Of a DNA stretch of 24,688 bases, positions 8,819 through 17,419 are shown piece after piece. This stretch comes from a virus. Its lineage: Duplodnaviria; Caudoviricetes. The stretch is from positions 1-24,688 of the IMG/VR virus record IMGVR_UViG_3300011334_000014; one strand, 5' to 3'. Made by a program: the position numbers and the translations under genes. The notes below the pieces were generated by a model, which ran no database searches, was not told the origin of the DNA, and worked only from the letters and a program-made list of their open reading frames with translations. Position 1 is the stretch's first letter; the number at the start of each line of letters is the position of its first letter.

Positions 8819-10257
8819 TATCTATTCCTCAGTCCCAATGGATCATTTGCGCTTGCGCCGGGCAAACCACTAACACTTGGCTGAAGTTGTTGAATGCTTT
8901 TAGCCCCTGGGCCTGCTTGAACTTCAATTGCTTTAATTGCAAGTTTTCTAGCATTTTCTTTTTGTTTAATAACTTCTGCATTGTCATTAACTTGCGGAAA
9001 ATACTTTTTATCTTCTCTGTCAAATTCTGAATCTGAAATAACAGCACCAGACTCTTTACGCAAAACAGCAGTAATAAAGTTTGATTTTGCTTGATTAACT
9101 TGTTGTTGAGTAGCACTAGTACCGCCTAAAACGCTAGGCAATGCTTGTCCCAATGCGCCACCAATAAGTGGAACGCCTTCAATAACAGCACCTTTAAGAA
9201 CACCTTTTTTAGACAAATCATCCAAAATGGCATTAGCTTCTTTCATTCTCATGCCATAGGCTGTTGCATTGCTTTGACTTTCGGTCATTGCAGTGCCCTT
9301 GCCACGCAATGGCACACCCGCCGCAGAAGCCGCTTCTGGCGCAACAGCACCAGCTACTGGTGCGCGAGCGCCAGGCATACCCGCGCCAGCCACTGGCTCT
9401 GTTGGTGCAGCTGCTGGAGCAGGGCCACCAAGGGTAACGGGTACAGCTTGCAATGTGCGCTTGTTGACACCCACAATTGAGCCGTCTTCGGCTTCTTTAA
9501 GTTCATAACCTGGGTTGGCCTGCTCCCAAGCAAATTTTCGTTGAGCCAATCCAAGTTGACCAGCAGAAGTAGATGCTTGTTTTTCTGCGGTAATGTCGGC
9601 AAATGTTTTGCCTTTGGTGTATTCGCTGCCAGCCACAGGAGTGGCTGCGCCACCTAATCCTGGCATTGACAGAACACGTCCAGTAGGGCCAAGATCCTGA
9701 GCAAAAGTAACTGGTTTGTTTTGTTTAATGTACTCGCCCAAACCCAAAGCAGCTTTTTGCTTCCAAGCCTCAAAACCAGCAGGGTCAGCAGGAATTGATC
9801 GGGCTGCGTCCATGATCGAAACCTTAGTGACAGGAGAGCCTGCCATGTCGGGGTCTTGTTGTTGAGTTTGAAGCCACTTAAGTGCGTCACGTTGATCGGT
9901 TACATCCCGAAGCGCATCACGATATAAACCAGTTTTTGACACAACCAAATCATTGCGGCGCTTGGCTTCTTCGGTTGCAGCTTTACCAATTTCAGTCACA
10001 CCAGTAGAAAGTTTACGGCCAGTTTCACCAAATTGGGTTGCCAACTTATAACGGGTTTCTGGCTGAGTCAGATCTGGATTTTCAGCTAAAAAAGTTTGCA
10101 AGCCCTTACGCTCTTTCAACGTAAGCGCATTCAACTCGCCCTCTTGGTCAAGTTGCTTAAACTTCATCGCAGTCATCAGCGTGTTGACCGGCGAAAATTG
10201 CGCTAGATCAATTTGTGCTGGCCTTGCGCCAAGGATAATACTAGGATCGATTGGCAT
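8818..10257 (-). CDS. Internal virion/DNA ejection protein (second, P22 gp20 position)
   Basis: MPIDPSIILG start, Ala/Pro linker, C-terminal FITAVLRKESGAVI..EF...YFPQ block; synteny. Confidence 0.7.
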   Translation of the reverse strand: MPIDPSIILGARPAQIDLAQFSPVNTLMTAMKFKQLDQEGELNALTLKERKGLQTFLAENPDLTQPETRYKLATQFGETGRKLSTGVTEIGKAATEEAKRRNDLVVSKTGLYRDALRDVTDQRDALKWLQTQQQDPDMAGSPVTKVSIMDAARSIPADPAGFEAWKQKAALGLGEYIKQNKPVTFAQDLGPTGRVLSMPGLGGAATPVAGSEYTKGKTFADITAEKQASTSAGQLGLAQRKFAWEQANPGYELKEAEDGSIVGVNKRTLQAVPVTLGGPAPAAAPTEPVAGAGMPGARAPVAGAVAPEAASAAGVPLRGKGTAMTESQSNATAYGMRMKEANAILDDLSKKGVLKGAVIEGVPLIGGALGQALPSVLGGTSATQQQVNQAKSNFITAVLRKESGAVISDSEFDREDKKYFPQVNDNAEVIKQKENARKLAIKAIEVQAGPGAKSIQQLQPSVSGLPGASANDPLGLRNR

Positions 10258-10260
10258 TTT

Positions 10261-11520
10261 TTAAGTCCTTGTAAGGTACTTGTTCAGTAATTGATTTTGG
10301 TTGTACATACCATACACGCTAGTGGCTTGGCCTAAAGCATTAGAAAATGCGTTTGCCGAGCCAATTTGCCCTGCTGCCGCAGCGTTTGCTGCACCGGTAA
10401 TTGCATTGATTTGGTTAGTACCTTGGTTGCCATAGATGTTGGTCAAGTTGCTACCAAACCCGCCATAAGCACTTTGACGCGCCGCAGTCGAGCCAGCGTA
10501 AGTGTTTGACATGCCTGCCCCGTAATTGCCCAAAGCAGAAGATGCGCCTGTACCTTGTTGTGCGGCAATATTGCCAAGGGTTGCACCATAATTTCCATAA
10601 GCAGTGGATTGACCAGCCCCATAACCTTGCAATGCTTGCGAGGAGGCAGCTGATAAACTGCCAGCCGCCGCAGCTTGGCCTGCTGCTGAAGCCTGACCAC
10701 TAGCGGTCAAGGCTTGCAAAGGTGCAAGTTGGTTTTGGCGCTCGGTAGTAAACCGATTAAATGCGTTGCCGTATTCTTGGGCTTGGAATGCTTTGTTGGC
10801 TTGAAAACGGTTAAAAGCATTTTGATACTCCTGAGAACCCATTTCCTGACCATACCGAGCAGCGGCTTTAAGCGCAGCGCCAGATTGCAAACCGCCTTTG
10901 GCCGCCGTTGAGCGTTCAATGGCTTTTTGACCTTCAGCCACGCGAAACGCATAGCCTGGGTCTTCTTCCATTTGTTTGGCGTTGAATTGCTCAAACAACG
11001 TGTTGGGGTCAAACCCTTCAACTTTAAATGCGGTGGCCGCTGAACCATAGCCTGGGGCTTTAGTGTTGCCACTCAAGCCCAAAAGATCCATCATCTTGGC
11101 TTGGCCAGTTTCACCCGCTTCTTTAAACGAACTAAGGTTTTCAACTTGCTTGTTGAACAGTTCGCGTTGCAAATTTAACTGAGCATCAAGGGCTGCTTTT
11201 TGAGCCGCAATTTGCTGACCCAATGCAGCGGCAGCGGCGGCTTGGCCAGCAGCGGCAGCGTCAGCTTGAGCCTTAAGGGTCTTATCAAGGGTTGTTGTTT
11301 GAAGCGTAATTTGCTTATCGACGTTTTCTTTGTCGGCAGCAAGCTGTAACGCTAATGCTTCTTTTTGAGCAGCAATTTGCTTTTCAGCAATTGCCAAAGC
11401 CGTTTCGCCTGATTTTTCAGCGCCAGCAACTTGGGTTTCTGCTGCGCTTTCAGCGGCATTTGACGATAACACTGCGCTACCAAGGATAGCACCACCAACA
11501 GCTACAAATCCCCATGTCAT
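10261..11520 (-). CDS. DNA ejection protein (P22 gp7-like)
   Basis: Hydrophobic Gly/Ala N-terminus, DPGYAFR..EG..AIERS.AAKGGL.SGAALKA motif, Ala/Gln/Gly-rich tail. Confidence 0.8.
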   Translation of the reverse strand: MTWGFVAVGGAILGSAVLSSNAAESAAETQVAGAEKSGETALAIAEKQIAAQKEALALQLAADKENVDKQITLQTTTLDKTLKAQADAAAAGQAAAAAALGQQIAAQKAALDAQLNLQRELFNKQVENLSSFKEAGETGQAKMMDLLGLSGNTKAPGYGSAATAFKVEGFDPNTLFEQFNAKQMEEDPGYAFRVAEGQKAIERSTAAKGGLQSGAALKAAARYGQEMGSQEYQNAFNRFQANKAFQAQEYGNAFNRFTTERQNQLAPLQALTASGQASAAGQAAAAGSLSAASSQALQGYGAGQSTAYGNYGATLGNIAAQQGTGASSALGNYGAGMSNTYAGSTAARQSAYGGFGSNLTNIYGNQGTNQINAITGAANAAAAGQIGSANAFSNALGQATSVYGMYNQNQLLNKYLTRT

Positions 11521-12074
11521 AATTTATCTCCTTGCGCCGTCAGTTTCGGCAAAGCGTCAACAGATGCAATTAAACCCATTTCATCATACGACGGTGAAAT
11601 GACTTCTTGCTCGATTTTATCCAGTTCTGCTTCAGATTGGAACTCTGTTAAATGGACAGTTGTCCATAGTGTATCTTCTTCAGCGTAAACTGCACGTTTT
11701 AAACCTACTTCAGACACAAAAGTACATGGGCCTTGTAGGTGTTTCTGACCAAACTCTGTAAAAACGGTCACTTTACCCTTGGCAATAAAATTCAAATGCT
11801 GGTGGCGGTGAATCTTGCCGATAATCAATGTTCCTTTTGGGATCATCATTTCGCGGGCATAAGTGCAGCATCCATACTTGTCGTCTTTTGGCGTGAAGTA
11901 GTGGGTTAGGGTGCAATCTTCAAGGGTTGACTGAGCCACACCGCTGTCAATTAAATCTTGCAAACCTTTTTCAATAACCAAAATTTTTTCTCGGAATTGC
12001 ACTTTGACGCGCTCAGGATTGGCAACAGCAAAGCCTTTGCCGTATGTTACTGAGGATGGTGCGTATGTCATCAT
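11517..12074 (-). CDS. Cupin-fold (RmlC-like) protein
   Basis: YAREMMIPKGTLIIGKIHRHQHLNFI.KG.V.V...FVS..G.KRAVYA.EDT.W.TVH; start at 12074 gives an ATGA overlap. Confidence 0.75.
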   Translation of the reverse strand: MMTYAPSSVTYGKGFAVANPERVKVQFREKILVIEKGLQDLIDSGVAQSTLEDCTLTHYFTPKDDKYGCCTYAREMMIPKGTLIIGKIHRHQHLNFIAKGKVTVFTEFGQKHLQGPCTFVSEVGLKRAVYAEEDTLWTTVHLTEFQSEAELDKIEQEVISPSYDEMGLIASVDALPKLTAQGDKL

Positions 12075-12811
12075 GATGCCATGATTACCCAGTTTGTGCC
12101 GTCCGATACAAGGGTTGCCCATGCGCCGACGGTGGCAGGAAGGATTGCTGTGCCTGGCGTGGCGCTACCAATTGGCGCAACATTACTAGAAGCCGACACA
12201 AGAGTCTGGGCTTGCAGATTTTTAAAAGTCACCGCACGTCCAGTTGATGTTGCAGCAGACGGTAACGTAACGGTGCAAGTCGAACCCGATTTGTTGTTGA
12301 TAACCCAGCCTGCGGTGCTATCAAGTGTAAAGTCAACAGTTCTAGTAATAACAGGCGGTCGTTCAGTCAATCCAGTACCGCCATTTGTAAGGGGCAAAAC
12401 ACCCACAGTTCTACTAGTAACGTCAAGATTACCCGTAGTCCTAGAAGCAATGTCAATAGTGCCGGTAGTTTGGGTGGTTAGGTCTACGCCCGATAAAGTA
12501 CCACCTAACACAAGATTTCCTGCGGTTGTCACAGTGCCCGTTAAAGTAACGCCGTTGACAGTGCCAGTTCCATTTACTTGCGTAACGCTACCACTTCCAG
12601 TACCCGCACCTAAATTTGCACGGGCTTGGGCTGCGTTATCTGCGCCAGTACCGCCGTTTGCAATTTGAGCAATACCCAAAGTTGAACCGCCAGACACAAC
12701 GTAAATATTGTTTAAAAACCTAAACCATTCGCGTGAAATTAACCCCGTGTTTGCATCAGTCAACGCTACACGCGAAGACGGAATTTTGGTGAAGTTTTGA
12801 GGGTTAGGCAT
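12071..12811 (-). CDS. Tail needle/plug-like fibre protein (P22 gp26 position)
   Basis: N-terminal GLISREWFRFL motif, NGGTG and Thr/Gly repeats, C-terminal TVTLP...SDGTNW knob; follows gp10. Confidence 0.65.
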   Translation of the reverse strand: MPNPQNFTKIPSSRVALTDANTGLISREWFRFLNNIYVVSGGSTLGIAQIANGGTGADNAAQARANLGAGTGSGSVTQVNGTGTVNGVTLTGTVTTAGNLVLGGTLSGVDLTTQTTGTIDIASRTTGNLDVTSRTVGVLPLTNGGTGLTERPPVITRTVDFTLDSTAGWVINNKSGSTCTVTLPSAATSTGRAVTFKNLQAQTLVSASSNVAPIGSATPGTAILPATVGAWATLVSDGTNWVIMAS

Positions 12812-14462
12812 TTGTTGGACTCATAGTGAGTTCAGCGCCCATAATGGCAATCTTAATTGGATCGGTAGCCGACACTTCATACACGCGATCGCGCAGTTTT
12901 AAAGTCATGCCCAATCTGCGCCAAATAACACGACGGCTCCATTGTCCAGTTTTACCCATTGACCGCCAGTGGCTGTTGCTCCAAGTGTGACCGCCATCGT
13001 CAGACCAGCGCAACATGACTTGTGGGTCAATTGCCGTTGCGGTAAGTTGACCTTTTTGAACCAATATTTTGCCACCTATAACAGACGGCCCTTCAACAAG
13101 TACAAGTTGACCACCGTCTTCTTGAACAAGATCGTTACCGCTTTCGGTAAGTAATACTTCGTTAAGCGTGGGGTCAGGATATTCCCAAACAAGGAAATCG
13201 CCGCCTTCAGTAAGCAAATCATCATTTGGGTTTGAAACGTCAATAGATATGATAGGCGTTGTAACGTCAGAGTTAATTGCGCCAGTTTCAGCATCAAGCT
13301 GAAGCGAATGTTGGGCCGTACGTTTTAAATCGTTTGCGCCTGTAGGCAACGCCCGCCATGACCGCAGCCATTTTTGAACTTCGCCGTTGTCCGAAAACAC
13401 ATCTAAGTCAAAAGCGTAAATGTTGCCAAGTTCATGGTCGCCTACAACAACTTCGTTGCTAAACGACATTTGGCAATTTGAACGGTGGCGGGTAAACGAA
13501 CCATTTATAAATGCAGCCCGTTCATGCCACAACGAAGTGGCAACGTCAAACACCCATGTGGTATTGGCCGAGGGAAAAATAAGCACATAAAACGAATGGC
13601 CGTCTTGCTGATAAGTGTAAGCAATAGCGTCCGACAAATTGCCATATTGCTGAATCTGCCACTCAACCGCATGGGTAGACACGCGCTGGGCTGTGTAGCC
13701 ATTAGCGCGGTAAACAATACCACGGCCACGCGCATCCGCACCTAGCCAAAAAATACCGTTATCTAGTTTGGCAACCGAAAACGCTGCAATACAACCTACC
13801 TCATTAAACGCGCCTTGAACGGGGCTTAACGGGAAATCGGCAGCGCCAGAGTCATACCAAACTTCAACAGAATTGGTTCCAAACAACCACGCTTCGCGGT
13901 GGTCAACCAAAATCGACACCAAGCCGTCAGGAGAGCCTTCAGCGCTTGCAAAATCAAGTGGGTCAATGGATGTACCATCTTGCAAACTGGTGATCCACAA
14001 ACGCTGGCTATTGGGTTCGTTGAACACAAAATAGCCGTCCAAATAGCCCACGGTGACAGCGCCGGGGAAATCTGGGTCATCAATCTGCTTAAATTGAAGC
14101 GTTAAGCTGTTATAGATAAAGCTAGGGCCATTGCAAGCAATAAATAGCTGTGTGCCATTGTCCGACATGCTGACAGGGCCAGATGACCCAGCTACTGTAC
14201 CAATTGGGCTTACGTTCCAAATAGAATCAATTTTATAAAGCACTTCGCCAGATACGGCGTAACCGTAGCCGCCAAATTGCCACAACCCACGAATTGGGCC
14301 ATCGCCCATGTTGGCAAGAAGTTTTAGGCCAGGGGCGCGGTTTAAAAACGCTGGTTCTTTTCCACCCTCGGGAACAGCCTCGGGAAAAAGATTGACCATG
14401 CGAGAATCGGCAGCATTTACCGATCGCGCAACATAAGTGCCGCCCAGAATCGGTGTTTTCAT
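12804..14462 (-). CDS. Packaged-DNA stabilization / tail hub protein (P22 gp10-like)
   Basis: NLFPE, GPIRG, VSMSDNG, DFASAEGSPD, YQQDGHSFY, LWHER, DPQVMLRWSDDGGHTWS, WRRLG motifs. Confidence 0.92.
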   Translation of the reverse strand: MKTPILGGTYVARSVNAADSRMVNLFPEAVPEGGKEPAFLNRAPGLKLLANMGDGPIRGLWQFGGYGYAVSGEVLYKIDSIWNVSPIGTVAGSSGPVSMSDNGTQLFIACNGPSFIYNSLTLQFKQIDDPDFPGAVTVGYLDGYFVFNEPNSQRLWITSLQDGTSIDPLDFASAEGSPDGLVSILVDHREAWLFGTNSVEVWYDSGAADFPLSPVQGAFNEVGCIAAFSVAKLDNGIFWLGADARGRGIVYRANGYTAQRVSTHAVEWQIQQYGNLSDAIAYTYQQDGHSFYVLIFPSANTTWVFDVATSLWHERAAFINGSFTRHRSNCQMSFSNEVVVGDHELGNIYAFDLDVFSDNGEVQKWLRSWRALPTGANDLKRTAQHSLQLDAETGAINSDVTTPIISIDVSNPNDDLLTEGGDFLVWEYPDPTLNEVLLTESGNDLVQEDGGQLVLVEGPSVIGGKILVQKGQLTATAIDPQVMLRWSDDGGHTWSNSHWRSMGKTGQWSRRVIWRRLGMTLKLRDRVYEVSATDPIKIAIMGAELTMSPTNA

Positions 14463-15178
14463 CAGTAGTTACCGGCGTAAATGTTGAAACGCTGGCGTGT
14501 TGCCACAATCGCATAAGGCAACGACATCACATCGTCTGGATTATTGATGCGCTTGAGATTTCGCTTGCTAGTCATGGCAATGCGTTGCACTTGTGGGCTT
14601 GGCTCAACGCCAAATTCAGGCGCAATTTCCATTGCCAAGTTGTAAGTAAACGCCCGCAAATAGCCTGGTGGAAACAACATTTGCGTTGCCAACGTAGCAG
14701 GCTGATTTAATTTTTCAACCGAAATAAAGTGCCATTCCAAATCCCGTGTGGGTCTTGGATACACCGTCATGGTGAAATCAGGATAGGTGTTATTGACAAA
14801 AATAACTTGCGGGTATGTAGACGTTACGGTTTTGACCGCAATGCCGTCATACTGTTGCTGATTGATAAACTTGATACCAAACGACACGTTTGTGCCAGGG
14901 TCACGGTAATACGTTGCATCATCTAGCAATACTGGGCGCAAGCCCACAAAGTTACCAGTTGGGCCTAGAGTGCGGGTGATCTCACCGGCAGGCCAAGTAA
15001 AGATTTGATCTTGCGTACTGAACACCGAAAGTCGCTCGGTATTCCACGAATCAATCATCTGATCAAGCGCGGTCAGCGCGTCATTTGACATGTCTGCCGA
15101 AGGTGTCTCACCTTCAGCCAGTACACCTAGCAAGCGCAATGCTCGGTTGATTTGTTCGCCAGCGGTGTACGTTGCCAT
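14462..15178 (-). CDS. Head-to-tail adaptor (P22 gp4-like)
   Basis: TAGEQINRALRLLGVLAEGETP..D..DAL..L..MIDSW...YNLAMEIAPEFG. Confidence 0.85.
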   Translation of the reverse strand: MATYTAGEQINRALRLLGVLAEGETPSADMSNDALTALDQMIDSWNTERLSVFSTQDQIFTWPAGEITRTLGPTGNFVGLRPVLLDDATYYRDPGTNVSFGIKFINQQQYDGIAVKTVTSTYPQVIFVNNTYPDFTMTVYPRPTRDLEWHFISVEKLNQPATLATQMLFPPGYLRAFTYNLAMEIAPEFGVEPSPQVQRIAMTSKRNLKRINNPDDVMSLPYAIVATRQRFNIYAGNY

Positions 15179-15180
15179 TC

Positions 15181-15390
15181 TCAGACTCCTTCGGTTGCAC
15201 CCTCGACAACTTGAGTTCGACGGGTAGATTTGCGTTTTGTCCCCAATACGTTTACAGGGGCCGCATCTTCGGAGTCCGAAGGCGTATTTACATTGTAGCG
15301 TGTCCAGCCATTATTTTCATCTGCAACAGCTTCAAGTTCCATTGTGGCAACTTTACAGCCGTGAATTGGGTGGCTAAGATAAATGTTCAT
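15181..15390 (-). CDS. Small hypothetical head-module protein
   Basis: IYLSHPIHGCKVA...E...DE.NGW; fits operon spacing. Confidence 0.7.
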   Translation of the reverse strand: MNIYLSHPIHGCKVATMELEAVADENNGWTRYNVNTPSDSEDAAPVNVLGTKRKSTRRTQVVEGATEGV

Positions 15391-15393
15391 ATT

Positions 15394-15422
15394 AAGAAAA
15401 GGGGGTGATTAACCCCCTTTTT
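15394..15422 (-). terminator. Intrinsic terminator-like hairpin (possibly bidirectional)
   Basis: AAAAAGGGGGT-TAATC-ACCCCCTTTT just after the stop at 15426. Confidence 0.8.
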
Positions 15423-15425
15423 AGT

Positions 15426-15662
15426 TTAGCCAATGACCCAGTTTGTGCCGTTGCAGAAAACGGGCACAATGTTAGAGCCACCGCCAGCAACGGTAGCGCC
15501 GGCGTTGCCTGAGTAAGCAGCGTTTGAGTTGCTTACCGCAGACCGAGTACCAGCTAAAGCGGCTGATGCTGCGGGCAACTGGGCAACCGTGTACAACGTA
15601 AATTGCGCGTTGTCCAAAGCAGGGTCAGAATATGCAACCCCAATTGGTTGAGTGTTTGACAT
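15426..15662 (-). CDS. Small virion protein (78 aa), fibre-knob/Mtd-N-like module
   Basis: AAAGGA RBS before ATG 15662; YTVAQLP.A...G....VS...GGGSN.VPVFCNGTNW pattern. Confidence 0.7.
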   Translation of the reverse strand: MSNTQPIGVAYSDPALDNAQFTLYTVAQLPAASAALAGTRSAVSNSNAAYSGNAGATVAGGGSNIVPVFCNGTNWVIG

Positions 15663-15674
15663 AATTTTTCCTTT

Positions 15675-15700
15675 AAAAATGAGGGCCGAAGCCCCCATTT
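15675..15700 (-). terminator. cUUCGg hairpin with U-tract
   Basis: AAATGGGGGC-TTCG-GCCCTCATTTTT downstream of the decoration gene. Confidence 0.75.
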
Positions 15701-15706
15701 AGGTTT

Positions 15707-16135
15707 TTAAGACACGCGATAGATTGAGTACGCTGCGTCGCCTGTTTTGCGGAAACGAAACGTGCCAGATGTATTGCTGGTTTTAGTCAGCGAATCTTGG
15801 ATCGTGTCGTTACCAACAAGGGTGTTGCCCGTGCCAGCGGTAAAAACTACGTCATTTGCTGCATTGTCGCCAATGTTGATAAACGCGCAATCAAATGTCG
15901 AGCCAACTTTAAGGCTAGAGAATGCAGCGTCAATCAGCGCGCCTGTTGGGAACACATAAGCGCCAGCATCTGTGCCGCCTGAGTCCATAGTACACACACC
16001 AGCAGCTAGGTCTGCCGGAGTGATAGTGACTGCCGCGCCAGACAATGCAACGGGTGCGCTGGTGTTAGAGAAACTGATTTCGCCGAGATTGCCGTCACCA
16101 ACTTGGTAACCGCTTGCGCCATTAGGTAAAGCCAT
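15707..16135 (-). CDS. Putative capsid decoration/cement protein
   Basis: Directly after the coat gene, AAAGGA RBS, small beta-rich Gly/Ala/Thr protein. Confidence 0.7.
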   Translation of the reverse strand: MALPNGASGYQVGDGNLGEISFSNTSAPVALSGAAVTITPADLAAGVCTMDSGGTDAGAYVFPTGALIDAAFSSLKVGSTFDCAFINIGDNAANDVVFTAGTGNTLVGNDTIQDSLTKTSNTSGTFRFRKTGDAAYSIYRVS

Positions 16136-16164
16136 GATAATTTCCTTTCAGATTTGATACGAAG

Positions 16165-16184
16165 AACGGGGCCGAAGCCCCATT
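16165..16184 (-). terminator. cUUCGg hairpin after the coat gene (weak terminator or mRNA stabiliser)
   Basis: AATGGGGC-TTCG-GCCCCGTT followed by CTTC (poor U-tract). Confidence 0.6.
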
Positions 16185-16187
16185 TGA

Positions 16188-17399
16188 TTAGCCCCAGATA
16201 CGGCAGGCCATTTGTGGACGAATTGTGCTGAAACCGTACAAAACGTCAATACGGCAAGGCAAACGATCGTTGTTGATGTCGTACTGGCGAACCACACGCA
16301 AGCTGATACCGTTATGAACGGCACGGGCAGCCATGTCAACGCCTTGGGGCAACAACAAGTCAGCGGTCGCAAATGTGATCGCATCTTTGTGGTAAACCAA
16401 GTTTTGTGCGTACTGAGTGGATGCCGCGCCTACAAAGGTCACAACACCACCAGTTGCAGGCAATGCGCTCATAGTAGCCAAAGCGTGGCTAGCAGAGTAC
16501 ATAGGGGCAACGGTCACAGTCCAAGTACCCGCCACAGCAGTAGCAGTAGTCAAAGCCACGAATTGGAACAAAGAACCAGTTGACTCGCGGGTCTGTGGGT
16601 TAACAGCATTGCAACCGCTGATAGTGAACACGTCACCAGCATTGATTGTTGTTGTTACAGAACCTTGTTCCAACAGAATGGTTGCTGAACCTTCGGAAGT
16701 AACGCCGGGGGTCTTAACCAATGTGGAAGCAGTAGCGCTGCGTGAACCAGTTGTGTGCTGCTTGATAGACTGAGACATGTTGACTTCTTCAAAGCCCAAC
16801 ACGCCCATACCCATCATGCCGTTCTTGAATTGCTTGCTGATAGTGTCTGTTGGGTTAAACAGACCTTTCATGCCTTCAACCAAACCAGCGTTAGCAGCAG
16901 GGTTTACGGTAGCGTAACGTGGAGACATCACAGCAGCGTTTTCGTTCAGCTTCTGCTGGGCTTGCAACAAGACCAAAGAAGTGGCGGGGGTTGTGCCAGG
17001 AGTACCAACAGTGTTACCAATGGTGCGGTATGCGTTGGCAACGTCAGCATCAATAGAAGATGCCAACTGGCTGATACGAGGCTTAAGCACACGTTCAGCA
17101 AAGTCGTCCAACTGCATTGTCAATTCAGCAGATGTGAAGTTGACACCAATGTGCTTTTGTGAAGCAACAGTCAATGTGGTGAACTGTTCGTTGTCATCTT
17201 GCACTTGCAAGGCAGCACCGTCAGTTACCAAAGCGCGATCGGGTAAGCGAATACGCAGTGTAGAACCGATTTTAGCGCCTTCAACAGCAAAGCTGTCGTC
17301 GTACTGGCGGTTCACGTTACGGGTAATTACAAGGTTGTTCTCAAGAATCTCAAGAGCCTTACGGGTGATCATGTCGATCGTCAGAATACTATTAGACAT
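16188..17399 (-). CDS. Major capsid protein (P22 coat family)
   Basis: MSNSILTIDMITRKALEILENNL...KIGSTLRIRLP...RIDVLYG; follows the scaffold; AAAGGA RBS. Confidence 0.93.
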   Translation of the reverse strand: MSNSILTIDMITRKALEILENNLVITRNVNRQYDDSFAVEGAKIGSTLRIRLPDRALVTDGAALQVQDDNEQFTTLTVASQKHIGVNFTSAELTMQLDDFAERVLKPRISQLASSIDADVANAYRTIGNTVGTPGTTPATSLVLLQAQQKLNENAAVMSPRYATVNPAANAGLVEGMKGLFNPTDTISKQFKNGMMGMGVLGFEEVNMSQSIKQHTTGSRSATASTLVKTPGVTSEGSATILLEQGSVTTTINAGDVFTISGCNAVNPQTRESTGSLFQFVALTTATAVAGTWTVTVAPMYSASHALATMSALPATGGVVTFVGAASTQYAQNLVYHKDAITFATADLLLPQGVDMAARAVHNGISLRVVRQYDINNDRLPCRIDVLYGFSTIRPQMACRIWG

Positions 17400-17419
17400 T
17401 TAAAAGTCCTTTCAAAAGA

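Noticed and set aside
16212-17403. Long + strand ORFs opposite the coat gene (similar cases at 12081-12668 and 580-1140)
   Set aside because: Antisense shadows caused by codon bias; no recognisable motifs
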